Of a stretch of DNA of 63,483 nucleotides, positions 9,601-17,620 are shown piece after piece; positions within the stretch are counted from its first letter, which is position 1; every line of letters starts with the position of its first letter. This DNA is from an uncultured Porphyromonas sp. Lineage in GTDB: Bacteria; Bacteroidota; Bacteroidia; Bacteroidales; Porphyromonadaceae. The position numbers and the translations under genes were made by a program. The notes under the pieces were generated by a model. The model was given only the letters and a program-made list of their open reading frames with translations, was not told the origin of the DNA and searched no databases. The stretch is taken from contig URDQ01000001.1 of NCBI GenBank assembly GCA_900546675.1, positions 1-63,483 of the forward strand, read 5' to 3'.

Positions 9601-9613
9601 CTTTGTAGTTCAT
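6602..9613 (-). CDS. Large secreted/periplasmic tetratricopeptide-repeat protein (~1000 aa)
   Basis: Signal peptide and many TPR-like repeats (RLGDAHYMQGHYTPAVRYY, RAMYDQGRAM…YPQSEY). Start placed at MNYKG. Confidence 0.9.
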   Translation of the reverse strand: MNYKGYLYTLLLCGQLPLAYQLQAQETFSIPTEQHTIEVTLAAGSPLRTTTLLSSAQRLSKADGWFATYGAHLLGRPSAAAELEEYITTAPISRQAQVARIARATHYLYNKEYNRARHTLEQVREETLTSEVRSEWQVKMAYALLLSGRPVEQVEQLFEMTAAGDDYWGDVARLYLAQLYIAQNDLDKAERTLLPIQDQGDVQYDARLGLARIALYRQNYQSVLTHTEALTTAGLSEEQRAESQILEANAWYRLEDPSKAIERLAPLSDQNASLLTPEDQLILAAAYMETERTEQAIPHLLLATRGDAETSGVANLYLARARRDMGLYSEALASYQVAADRAVAPSIREAAMYEQVLLMRSKASGSFGQEVRLCEEFLNTFAQSAHREAMEHFLIESYYRSPDYLTSLASIGRIQSPSPVIVEAQCYLLNQLTQQAQQAGDLALAQRYNQQAQRIATKSAHHIEAELLGAQLLSQQGAHKQASQALTAILNKRTASSKQLQIARYLLGYSQIKQQQYSAATQTLSILLQEGTLDNTLQADVHARLGDAHYMQGHYTPAVRYYEEAYRLAPDNQVYALYMLSDIEGLKKEYKAQIAALDKLVARHPNSLYKPRAMYDQGRAMELSGQHTEAIEAFMRLTQEYPQSEYGRKAALQLALLYYNRNETSRAIETYKALLAEAPQSGEAKQAYEALKSIYIEEGRSTEFVQYANSIGGSYTINESEAMSISFETAERAYQSRQPQAERLLKEYLALNPQGASSLLAHYYLADLYDRAGKGEEALALYERIYPSRKQLSQELHIGLLQKMSAMHIQQRAYAQALPLQQELLTLPLEPASYQTTLLSATECALQAGQYEWVIKVVTPQLDKSKGWSQEQLDLLTCRLATSYLKTGRGNQIEPLLKPLVARIETYAGTQGTLLLAQYYVSNKIQQSYSKQLLDKLVNDAYPDPELSAETIITLSDWYLAKGDPDTARLYLESLLKNYTDETSPIRQRATEKLAQLRQSTAR

Positions 9614-9670
9614 CGGTAATAGTCTTACTAAGGGGGCGAAGTCCACGGATGCGCCCAATCGATTCTAACG

Positions 9671-9701
9671 CAAATCTACTGAAATAACTGCTGAGAGCAA
9701 A
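9671..9701 (-). promoter_or_regulatory. Promoter (-33 TTTG / -7 TAGATTTG) for the TPR-OMP-HAD-pepT operon
   Basis: Minus-strand TTTG (9698-9701) and TAGATTTG (9671-9678) are separated by 19 nt. Confidence 0.65.
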
Positions 9702-9791
9702 ATGTGCCACCTTCCGCACATTCCACTCACTAGCGCATTCTGAACAGAATCTCTTATGCCCGACACGCTTTTGTCGCAGAAAAAGCTAATC

Positions 9792-9871
9792 CTCACGTGG
9801 CAATTCTCAAATGGCCACGTGGCAAATGAAAAACCGCCACGTGGAGAATGGCCATTCCCCACGTAGATATC
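9792..9871 (-). repeat. 22-bp-period CCACGTGG array, family A (4-unit variant, reverse orientation)
   Basis: CACGT(G/A) at 9794, 9816, 9838 and 9860. The reverse complement begins GATATCTACGTGGGGAAT, like the copy at 63389. Confidence 0.85.
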
Positions 9872-9891
9872 GAATTAGAGGTTAGAGATTA

Positions 9892-10015
9892 GAGACGAGT
9901 AACCCTGTGTAGGGACGCACGGCCCGTGCGTCCGTCCCCGTAAAAACACAGACGCTGTACCCTTTGACACAACGGACGCACGAGCCGTGCGTCTCTACAA
10001 CGGGTTACACGTTTC
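9892..10015. repeat. GTAG-type REP doublet (REPIN-like)
   Basis: GTAG+GGACGCACGGCCCGTGCGTCC (9909-9933) is inverted against GGACGCACGAGCCGTGCGTCT+CTAC (9974-9998). Outer inverted repeat GAGACGAGTAACCC / GGGTTACACGTTTC. Confidence 0.85.
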
Positions 10016-10055
10016 GTAACCCGCTGTCAAGCGTTTTGTTGTTTGCAAAAAAAAC

Positions 10056-10063
10056 TATCTTTG
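10056..10063 (+). promoter_or_regulatory. -7 promoter element
   Basis: TATCTTTG with upstream TTTG. A 5' leader hairpin follows. Confidence 0.6.
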
Positions 10064-10196
10064 CGATATGGTGATTGTCTCTTGCTTGTTTCATCTTCTG
10101 GTACAAGGCATTGAAGTAGCAGGAGACTTCAACGAGAGATCTAAAGAGAGCGAAATGACAACAAACCAACAATACTAACTTTTAAGCTTTATAATT

Positions 10197-10595
10197 ATGA
10201 AACATACGACATGGTTATGCGCTTTGCTCCTATTCCTGCTACCACTCGTGGCAAAGGGACAGCAGCAGGTGACGCTGGACAAATCTCAGCAGGAGATCGC
10301 AAAGGTCATAGAGACCGTTATGCATATATCTGAGCAGGATGCAACACTGGCTCAGGCTGATGCTACGACACGTAAGGCTGTCGAGGTGGTGCGAGCCCTC
10401 ACTGGTCAAAAAGAGTACAGCGAGAAAGAGGCTACAAACCTCGCCTCTGCACTTACCCTAGAAGACAATCACATCGTAATCCTCCCCAAGTATCAGCATC
10501 TAGCAGAGGCTGCAACCTGGGATGGTGTATCCCTCGCAGAGTTCGTGAAGGCGATAGACGACTTTCGCTCGGCTGAGTTAGCTAGTCAGTCGTAA
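10197..10595 (+). CDS. Small secreted hypothetical protein
   Basis: 132 aa with an SPI signal peptide (…VAKG-QQQ), an A/T-rich Bacteroidota-type initiation region, and its own promoter and terminator. Confidence 0.8.
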   Translation: MKHTTWLCALLLFLLPLVAKGQQQVTLDKSQQEIAKVIETVMHISEQDATLAQADATTRKAVEVVRALTGQKEYSEKEATNLASALTLEDNHIVILPKYQHLAEAATWDGVSLAEFVKAIDDFRSAELASQS

Positions 10596-10632
10596 TCGAC
10601 TTTGTAACCTGCATCTTTCGCTCCCTATCCGT

Positions 10633-10673
10633 CTAGAGACTGTCGCTAGCTAGCTGCAGTCTCTAGTCTTTTT
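10633..10673 (+). terminator. Intrinsic terminator
   Basis: CTAGAGACTG / CAGTCTCTAG stem followed by TCTTTTT. Confidence 0.8.
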
Positions 10674-10771
10674 AGGAGTCTATTCGTCTACAAAAGAGCC
10701 TCCTTACGGAGAATGTGTCATGAAAACAATCTTTTTCTCTACCTAATGGTAGGTATTCCGAATATTCTTTG

Positions 10772-10779
10772 TAACTTTG
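10772..10779 (+). promoter_or_regulatory. -7 promoter element of the oxidoreductase operon
   Basis: TAACTTTG, 84 nt upstream of the ferredoxin ATG. Confidence 0.6.
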
Positions 10780-10863
10780 AGGTCGAAGAAAACTAATTGT
10801 ATCACAGTACTCGATTTTTGTCAGTAGACAGGAGGAGGGTACAATATCTATAAAGTACTACAC

Positions 10864-11091
10864 ATGGCAAAATTTAGAGGAGCAATCGTAGTCAACGAGC
10901 AGCGCTGCAAGGGGTGCAACCTCTGCGTTGTGGCGTGTCCTACTGCGAGTATCTCACTTCACCCAGACGAGGTGAACGACAAGGGGTATCACTACTGCTA
11001 TATGAGCAGCCCCGAAACATGCATTGGCTGCGCAAACTGTGGCGTGGTCTGTCCCGACGGCTGTATCAGCGTCTATAAAGTAAACCTTTAA
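10864..11091 (+). CDS. 2x[4Fe-4S] ferredoxin (delta subunit of 2-oxoacid:ferredoxin oxidoreductase)
   Basis: Two CxxCxxCxxxCP motifs. First gene of the operon. Confidence 0.95.
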   Translation: MAKFRGAIVVNEQRCKGCNLCVVACPTASISLHPDEVNDKGYHYCYMSSPETCIGCANCGVVCPDGCISVYKVNL

Positions 11092-11104
11092 TCCTATAGC
11101 TATC

Positions 11105-12184
11105 ATGGCAGAAGTAAAACTGATGAAGGGCAACGAGGCCCTGGCACACTCGGCAATCCTCAACGGACTGGATGGCTATTTCGGATATCCTATCACACCT
11201 CAGTCTGAGGTACTCGAGACTCTTATGTCGCTACGCCCCTGGGAGACGACTGGTATGGTCGTCCTACAGGCTGAGAGTGAGGTCTCTTCTATCAATATGG
11301 TATATGGAGGCGCTGGCGCTGGTAAGCGTGTTATGACTTCCTCCTCTAGCCCTGGTATCAGCCTGATGGCTGAGGGTATCAGCTACATCGCTGGTGCTGA
11401 GCTTCCCGCACTTATCGTCAACGTGATGCGTGGTGGCCCTGGTCTAGGTACGATCCAGCCAAGTCAGGCTGACTACTTCCAGACCACTAAGGGTGGTGGA
11501 CATGGTGACTACCGTCTCATCGTACTAGCTCCTTACTCTGTACAGGAGATGGTCGACTTCGTCGGTGTCGGTATGGATATGGCGTTTAAGTATCGTAATC
11601 CAGTTATGATACTGAGCGATGGTATCATCGGACAGATGATGGAGAAGGTCGTACTACCTGAGCAGAAGCCTCGTCACACCGATGAGGAGATCGCTGCTAG
11701 CTGCCCCTGGGCTACTACAGGTCATACACCTGACAAGCGCTCTATCATCACCTCTCTCGAGCTAGACTCAGCTGTGATGGAGCAAAACAACCTACGCTTC
11801 CAGGAGAAGTATCGCAAGATCGAGGAGAACGAGGTACGCTACGAGGAGACGATGACAGAGGATGCTGACTACGTACTAGTAGCTTTCGGCTCTTCTGCAC
11901 GTATCTGCCAGAAGGTCGTTCAGGTAGCTCGCCAGGAGGGTCTCAAGGTAGGTCTCGTACGTCCTATCACGCTATGGCCTTATCCATACGAGGTGATCAC
12001 CAAGCTTGCTGAGCGTGGTGTCAAGGGCTTCCTCTCTGTCGAGCTCAACGCTGGTCAGATGGTAGAGGATGTCAGACTTGCGGTAGACGGTCGTTGCCCT
12101 GTAGAGCACTTCGGACGTATGGGTGGTATGCTATTCTCTCCAGACGAGGTACTCGATGCGCTACGCACGAAGCTCGTCAAGTAA
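11105..12184 (+). CDS. vorB: 2-oxoacid:ferredoxin oxidoreductase alpha subunit (VorB-type, 2-oxoisovalerate)
   Basis: GNEA, GYPITPQSE, QAESE, TSSSSPG and RGGPGLG motifs. Confidence 0.9.
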   Translation: MAEVKLMKGNEALAHSAILNGLDGYFGYPITPQSEVLETLMSLRPWETTGMVVLQAESEVSSINMVYGGAGAGKRVMTSSSSPGISLMAEGISYIAGAELPALIVNVMRGGPGLGTIQPSQADYFQTTKGGGHGDYRLIVLAPYSVQEMVDFVGVGMDMAFKYRNPVMILSDGIIGQMMEKVVLPEQKPRHTDEEIAASCPWATTGHTPDKRSIITSLELDSAVMEQNNLRFQEKYRKIEENEVRYEETMTEDADYVLVAFGSSARICQKVVQVARQEGLKVGLVRPITLWPYPYEVITKLAERGVKGFLSVELNAGQMVEDVRLAVDGRCPVEHFGRMGGMLFSPDEVLDALRTKLVK

Positions 12185-12224
12185 GCTTACCCTTATCAAT
12201 AACCAGTAATAGACAACAAATATC

Positions 12225-13028
12225 ATGGATATAAAGGATATAACCAAACCAGAGAACTTGGTCTACCAGAAGCCAAGTCTGCTCAACAATAACACGATGC
12301 ACTACTGCCCAGGCTGTAGCCATGGTGTCGTGCACAAGCTGGTTGCAGAGGTCCTCGAGGAGATGGGCATGGGCGACCAGACCGTCGGTATAGCTCCTGT
12401 GGGCTGCTCCGTATTCGCATACAACTATATAGACATCGACTGGCAGGAGGCTGCTCACGGACGTGCGCCTGCTGTAGCTACTGCTATCAAGCGCCTCTAT
12501 CCTAATAAGCTCGTCTTCACCTATCAGGGTGATGGTGACCTAGCTGCTATCGGTACCGCTGAGACGATCCACGCTGCAAACCGTGGTGAGAACATTGTCA
12601 TCATCTTCATCAACAACGGTATCTATGGTATGACTGGTGGTCAGATGGCTCCTACTACGCTACTCGGCATGAAGACTGTCACTTGTCCTGATGGTCGTAC
12701 GCCTGAGCTCAACGGTTACCCACTCGTCATCTCTAAGATCCTCTCTGAGCTAGATGGTACGTGCTACGTCACTCGTCAGAGTGTACACACAGCACCTGCT
12801 GTACGTAAGGCTAAGAAGGCTCTACGCAAGGCTTTTGAGAATTCACTCGCAGGCAAGGGTACCAGCGTCGTTGAGTTCGTCTCAACCTGCAATACGGGCT
12901 GGAAGATGACTCCTGCTAAGGCTAATGAGTGGATGTCGAAGTTTATGGTCGACAAGTACGCTCTTGGTGACATCAAGGATGTCGAGTCTAAGGGTAGCAA
13001 CGACGAGGTGGTTACAATGAAAATCTAA
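12225..13028 (+). CDS. 2-oxoacid:ferredoxin oxidoreductase beta (TPP-binding) subunit
   Basis: YCPGCSHG, GDGD…NN TPP motif and YGMTGGQ. Confidence 0.92.
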   Translation: MDIKDITKPENLVYQKPSLLNNNTMHYCPGCSHGVVHKLVAEVLEEMGMGDQTVGIAPVGCSVFAYNYIDIDWQEAAHGRAPAVATAIKRLYPNKLVFTYQGDGDLAAIGTAETIHAANRGENIVIIFINNGIYGMTGGQMAPTTLLGMKTVTCPDGRTPELNGYPLVISKILSELDGTCYVTRQSVHTAPAVRKAKKALRKAFENSLAGKGTSVVEFVSTCNTGWKMTPAKANEWMSKFMVDKYALGDIKDVESKGSNDEVVTMKI

Positions 13029-13047
13029 TCAGACGAAAGGAACAACT

Positions 13048-13593
13048 ATGAATTACGAAATAGTCATATCTGGCTTCGGAGGTCAGGGTGTACTCTCTAT
13101 GGGTAAGATACTTGCTTACTCTGGTATTATGGAGGACAAGGAGGTATCGTGGATGCCTTCTTACGGACCTGAGCAGCGTGGTGGTACGAGTAACGTTACG
13201 GTCATCGTGAGCGATGAGCCTGTTAGCTCGCCTGTTGTCAACGAGTATGATGTAGTCATCGTACTCAACCAGCCATCACTCGACAAGTTCGCTCCTCGTG
13301 TTAAGAAGGGCGGTATCCTCATCTACGACCCAGCTCTCATCCAGCACAAGTCTGACCGTAAGGACATCAACATCTACGAGGTACCTGCTACTGATCAGAG
13401 CCTTGAGATGGGCAATGACAAGATCTTCAATATGATCATCCTCGGTGGTATGCTCAAGGCAGCTCCTATGCTAAAGCTCGAGAGCATCATCGCAGGACTC
13501 AAGAAGTCTCTGCCCGAGCGTCACCACAAGCTGATCCCCCTCAACGAGGAGGCTATCAAGCGTGGTATGAATAGTCTGATCAAGGTCAACTAG
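13048..13593 (+). CDS. 2-oxoacid:ferredoxin oxidoreductase gamma subunit
   Basis: GFGGQG, SYGPEQRGG and NMIILG motifs. Confidence 0.92.
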   Translation: MNYEIVISGFGGQGVLSMGKILAYSGIMEDKEVSWMPSYGPEQRGGTSNVTVIVSDEPVSSPVVNEYDVVIVLNQPSLDKFAPRVKKGGILIYDPALIQHKSDRKDINIYEVPATDQSLEMGNDKIFNMIILGGMLKAAPMLKLESIIAGLKKSLPERHHKLIPLNEEAIKRGMNSLIKVN

Positions 13594-13628
13594 TCCACAG
13601 AGACCCTTACACGATATAATATAATGTC

Positions 13629-13674
13629 AAGGCGTCCGCCGATCTACTCGTTAGATTGACGGACGCCTTCTCTT
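13629..13674 (+). terminator. Intrinsic terminator of the oxidoreductase operon
   Basis: AAGGCGTCCG / CGGACGCCTT stem followed by CTCTT. Confidence 0.75.
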
Positions 13675-13696
13675 GCAGTACTGACGAATAACGATA

Positions 13697-13734
13697 TGTA
13701 GGGACGCTCGGTCTGAGCGTCCGTTGTATCACAG
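13697..13734 (+). repeat. GTAG-type REP singlet
   Basis: TGTAGGGACGCTCGGTCTGAGCGTCCGTTGTATCACAG resembles the reverse complement of the 9963-9999 arm, with compensatory stem changes. Confidence 0.8.
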
Positions 13735-13866
13735 CGAGACAAGTCACAAGATCGCTACACGTCAAGATCCTAATGACTACACAGCGGATTACGCATCTCA
13801 TTGAGCTAATTGATTTGCGGAGTTGAACTCTTTTTCTGCTAAAGCGTTTGTTTCCCTATAAAAGAG

Positions 13867-13874
13867 TACCTTTG
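13867..13874 (+). promoter_or_regulatory. -7 promoter element for topA-truA
   Basis: TACCTTTG with upstream TTTG. Leader hairpin GAGACTG/CAGTCTC. Confidence 0.65.
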
Positions 13875-13917
13875 CACCAATTGAGACTGAGGCAACAGTC
13901 TCTGATAGCGTGAGATT

Positions 13918-16395
13918 ATGGCAAATCAGAAGAACTTAGTAATAGTAGAGTCCCCCGCAAAAGCGAAGACGATTGGCAAATTCCTCGGTGATGACTACAA
14001 AGTGCTCTCGAGCTATGGACACATACGTGACCTCAAGCCGAGTAGCTTCAGTGTAGATGTGGAGCATCACTTCGCACCCATCTATGAGATTCCCGCAGAT
14101 AAGCAGCGTGTCGTATCGGAGCTGCGCAAAGCGGCTAAGGCGAGCGACATCGTATGGCTCGCATCCGATGAGGACCGCGAGGGAGAGGCGATCGCATGGC
14201 ACCTCTATCAGGTGCTAGACCTCCAGGATAAGGAGACACATCGTATCGCATTCCACGAGATTACCAAGAGCGCCATACAGCATGCCATACAGAATCCACG
14301 CTCGATCAACGAAAACCTCGTCGATGCCCAGCAGGCGCGTCGTGTCCTAGATCGTATCGTGGGCTTTGAGCTCTCGCCAGTCCTTTGGCGACGTGTCGGT
14401 CCCTCGCTCTCAGCAGGACGTGTGCAGAGCGTCGCTGTGCGTCTCATCGTAGAACGGGAGCGTGAGATACTAGCTTTCGAGCCTGAAACCTCTTTTGCCA
14501 TATCGACACGTCTAGAGACCAAGGGTGGAGACACCTTCTCTGCGACACTTCCTGACAACCTTCCTTCCGAAGAGGCCGCTCGCCAGCTTATGCAGCGAGC
14601 TATCGATAGTCAGTCCGCCTTTGCCGTGCGGCAGGTGGAGCAGAAGCCTGGGCGTCGCTCTCCGTCGGCACCTTTTACCACCAGTACGCTCCAGCAGGAG
14701 GCTTCTCGCAAGCTCGGTATGAGCGTCTCCAATACGATGCGTGTGGCGCAGGCACTCTACGAGAGAGGTCTCATCACCTATATGCGTACCGACTCGGTCA
14801 ATCTTTCCAGCCTTGCACTCCACGATGCGGAGACGGTCATCCTAGAGCAGTGGGGGGCCGACTACTATCAGCGCCGACACTATCACGCTAAGAGTAAAGG
14901 GGCGCAGGAGGCGCACGAAGCTATTCGCCCCACCTATCTGCGCAATGCTACGATACAGGGTACCAAGCAGGAGCAAGCACTCTACGACCTCATACGCAAG
15001 CGCACGCTCGCTAGTCAGATGGCCGATGCCCGCATCGAGCGGACGATAGCGCAGATCGCTTCGCAAGGTGCCGATCCAGTTCGTCTAGAGGCTCGTGGCG
15101 AGGTGATTGTCTTCGATGGCTTCATCAGCGCTTACACAGAGAGCCGTGATGACGAGGAGGATACTAGTGGCAATGAGCTTCCCAAGCTGAGGGAGGGGGA
15201 CTCGCTACAGCTACGAGAGATAGAGGCCCGGCAATCCTTTACCAAGCCTAAGCCCCGCTATACGGAGGCTTCATTGGTTCGCAAGATGGAGGAGCTAGGC
15301 ATCGGTCGTCCGTCTACTTATGCTCCTACGATTCAGACGATTCAAAACAGAGAGTACGTGCGTCGTGGCGAAAGCCAAGGCGAGAGTCGCAATGTGCTAT
15401 ACCTCAGCTGGCAGCACAGTGCTGGAAATACGACCATCAAGTCGCACAAGCAGAAGGAGCGCTACGGCAGTGATCGTGGACGGCTCGTCCCCACCGATAT
15501 GGGAATTGTCGTGACTGACTTCCTGATGGAAAACTTCTCCCGTGTCGTCGACTACAACTTCACGGCAGACGTAGAGGAACACTTTGACAAAGTTGCCGAG
15601 GGCGAGGCTCAGTGGCAAGATCTGATTGGCACGTTTTACGATAAGTTCCACCCAATCATCGAGGAGCAAAGCCAGTCTGGCGCTAAGCGCTATACAGGCG
15701 AGCGACTCCTCGGTACCGATCCTGTCAGTGGCAAACCGGTCATCGCTCGCATCGGACGTTACGGTCCGATGGTGCAGATCGGAGAGGCTCCCGACAGCTC
15801 TCTGCCCGAGGAGGAGCGGGAGCGTCTCAAGCCTCGCTTCGCCAGTATCCCGAGCAATCTGCTCATAGAGACGATTACGCTAGAGGAGGCGCTCAAGCTC
15901 TTTGACCTGCCCCGCACTGTCGGTGAGTTTGAGGGTAGCGAAGTGGTCGCTGCTGTGGGGCGCTTCGGCCCTTACCTACGACACAAAGGTAAGTTTACCT
16001 CTATCTCCAAGAGCAGTGGACTGACCCCTGAAGAGATTACACTCCAGGAGGCTATCGAGCTGATTGAGGAGAAGCGTCGCAAGGATGCAGCTAGTCTGCT
16101 CAAAACCTTCCCCGAGAATCCCGATATTGCGATCCGTGACGGACGCTGGGGCGCTTACATCAAGGCGGGTAAGAAGAACTACAAGCTCACCAAGGAGCAG
16201 AAAGCTGACCCCACGAAGCTGACATACGCTGAGGTCGTCGCTATCATCGCTGAGCAAGATAAAGAGACCCCGAAGAAGGACCGTACAACAGCGAAGAAGG
16301 CTACAAGCACGGCTAAGAAGAAGAGTACGACCAAGAAAACAACCAGCACTGCCAAGAAGGCTGCGCCTAAGCGTAGTGCGACCTCTAAGTCGTGA
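13918..16395 (+). CDS. topA: DNA topoisomerase I
   Basis: IVESPAK, SDEDREGE, SAGRVQS, ITYMRTD (catalytic Tyr), QEAHEAIRPT, C-terminal GRFGPY repeats and a Lys-rich tail. Confidence 0.98.
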   Translation: MANQKNLVIVESPAKAKTIGKFLGDDYKVLSSYGHIRDLKPSSFSVDVEHHFAPIYEIPADKQRVVSELRKAAKASDIVWLASDEDREGEAIAWHLYQVLDLQDKETHRIAFHEITKSAIQHAIQNPRSINENLVDAQQARRVLDRIVGFELSPVLWRRVGPSLSAGRVQSVAVRLIVEREREILAFEPETSFAISTRLETKGGDTFSATLPDNLPSEEAARQLMQRAIDSQSAFAVRQVEQKPGRRSPSAPFTTSTLQQEASRKLGMSVSNTMRVAQALYERGLITYMRTDSVNLSSLALHDAETVILEQWGADYYQRRHYHAKSKGAQEAHEAIRPTYLRNATIQGTKQEQALYDLIRKRTLASQMADARIERTIAQIASQGADPVRLEARGEVIVFDGFISAYTESRDDEEDTSGNELPKLREGDSLQLREIEARQSFTKPKPRYTEASLVRKMEELGIGRPSTYAPTIQTIQNREYVRRGESQGESRNVLYLSWQHSAGNTTIKSHKQKERYGSDRGRLVPTDMGIVVTDFLMENFSRVVDYNFTADVEEHFDKVAEGEAQWQDLIGTFYDKFHPIIEEQSQSGAKRYTGERLLGTDPVSGKPVIARIGRYGPMVQIGEAPDSSLPEEERERLKPRFASIPSNLLIETITLEEALKLFDLPRTVGEFEGSEVVAAVGRFGPYLRHKGKFTSISKSSGLTPEEITLQEAIELIEEKRRKDAASLLKTFPENPDIAIRDGRWGAYIKAGKKNYKLTKEQKADPTKLTYAEVVAIIAEQDKETPKKDRTTAKKATSTAKKKSTTKKTTSTAKKAAPKRSATSKS

Positions 16396-16416
16396 TAGCT
16401 ACCTATCCTTAAAGCT

Positions 16417-17205
16417 ATGGAAGCTCCCGTACAGCGTGTATTCCTAGAGGTCGCTTACGATGGCACCAACTACTGTGGCTGGCAGGTACAGCCTCGTGGC
16501 ATCTCGGTGCAGTCTGAGCTAGAGCGTGCCCTCTCGATACTCTTTCGTCAGCCCATCTCGGTCACAGGAGCAGGGCGCACAGACGCTGGGGTACACGCCT
16601 ACAGTATGATGGCACATGCCGACTTGCCAATCCCGCACCCTCCGCTAGCACAGATACAGAGAGGCTTGTGCGGCATACTGCGTGGAGGTATATCCATTCG
16701 CTCTGTCACGCCAGTCATCCCGACAGCGCACGCCCGCTTTGACGCTACCTCACGAAGGTATCACTACTATATATCGGCTTGTAGCAACCCCTTTTGGGGC
16801 AATTACTGCTGGGAGCGACGCACGCTCCCTGATATGGCGCTGATGAACGAAGCTTGTCGCCACTTCATCGGGGAGCACGACTTCACCTCTTTTAGCAAGC
16901 TACACACGCAGACGAAGCACAACCGCTGTACCGTCTACACAGCGCATTGGGAGCAGGTCGAGATGCCTGGTCTGTGGGATGCGATGCGCTACGAGGTGTG
17001 TGCCAATCGCTTTCTCCACGGTATGGTGCGTACGATGGTCGGGACGCTCCTCGAGGTGGGATATGGACAGCGCACGCCAAACTCTATCGCAGAGTTGATC
17101 CAGTGCGAAGACCGCTCGCTAGCTGGCTCGGCAGCTCCAGCTCGTGCGCTTTTCTTCGTTGAGGCGACCTATCCCGACTCGATCTACAGCACAGATCCTC
17201 AGTAA
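16417..17205 (+). CDS. truA: tRNA pseudouridine(38-40) synthase
   Basis: YDGTNYCGWQ, GAGRTDAGVHA, HARFDA and FLHGMVR motifs. Confidence 0.97.
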   Translation: MEAPVQRVFLEVAYDGTNYCGWQVQPRGISVQSELERALSILFRQPISVTGAGRTDAGVHAYSMMAHADLPIPHPPLAQIQRGLCGILRGGISIRSVTPVIPTAHARFDATSRRYHYYISACSNPFWGNYCWERRTLPDMALMNEACRHFIGEHDFTSFSKLHTQTKHNRCTVYTAHWEQVEMPGLWDAMRYEVCANRFLHGMVRTMVGTLLEVGYGQRTPNSIAELIQCEDRSLAGSAAPARALFFVEATYPDSIYSTDPQ

Positions 17206-17318
17206 AAGCAACAACCGCCAGACCTCTTGTCTAGAGGTTGATCACACTCTTCCACCTTTTCTGTCAGAAGGAGCGAATGCTTCTTCTGAAGTTCCCATTG
17301 AGCAAACTCAGACGGAGT

Positions 17319-17546
17319 TCTAGTTCCATACGGGTGAAACTCTAGTGCCAACCCCCATTGGCACTCCAGTTCCATATGGGTGAAACTCTAGTGCCAACCC
17401 CCATTGGCACTCCAGTTCCATACGGGTGAAACTCTAGTGCCAACCCCCCATTGGCACTCTAGTTCCATATGGGAGAAACTCCAGTTCCATACGGGAGAAA
17501 CTCTAGTGCCATACGGGTGAAACTCCAGTTTCATAGGTAGGAAACT
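17319..17546. repeat. Tandem palindrome array, family C (10 units of 22-25 bp, two alternating unit types)
   Basis: Units start at 17322, 17344, 17368, 17390, 17414, 17436, 17461, 17483, 17505 and 17527. Types are AGTTCCATAYGGGWGAAACTCY and AGTGCCAACCCCCATTGGCACTCY. Confidence 0.92.
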
Positions 17547-17590
17547 AAAAAAAGCCACACGAATGAGACTAGAAGTCTCATAGGTGTGGC
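17547..17590 (-). terminator. Intrinsic terminator of the minus-strand ept operon
   Basis: GCCACAC…ATGAGACT / AGTCTCAT…GTGTGGC stem with an A7 tract on + (U-tract on the minus strand). Confidence 0.8.
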
Positions 17591-17620
17591 GCATTGTTAT
17601 TTGGATTGAAGGGAGCTTTG

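Noticed and set aside
16255..16395. Lys/Thr/Ala-rich TopA tail, and the Ala/Glu-rich S16 extension at ~23882-24100
   Set aside because: Both are ordinary features of Bacteroidota orthologues.
17319..17546. Possible CRISPR array (palindromic repeats ending in GAAAC)
   Set aside because: Units are contiguous with no unique spacers, and no cas genes or leader are present. Reported as a tandem palindrome array instead.
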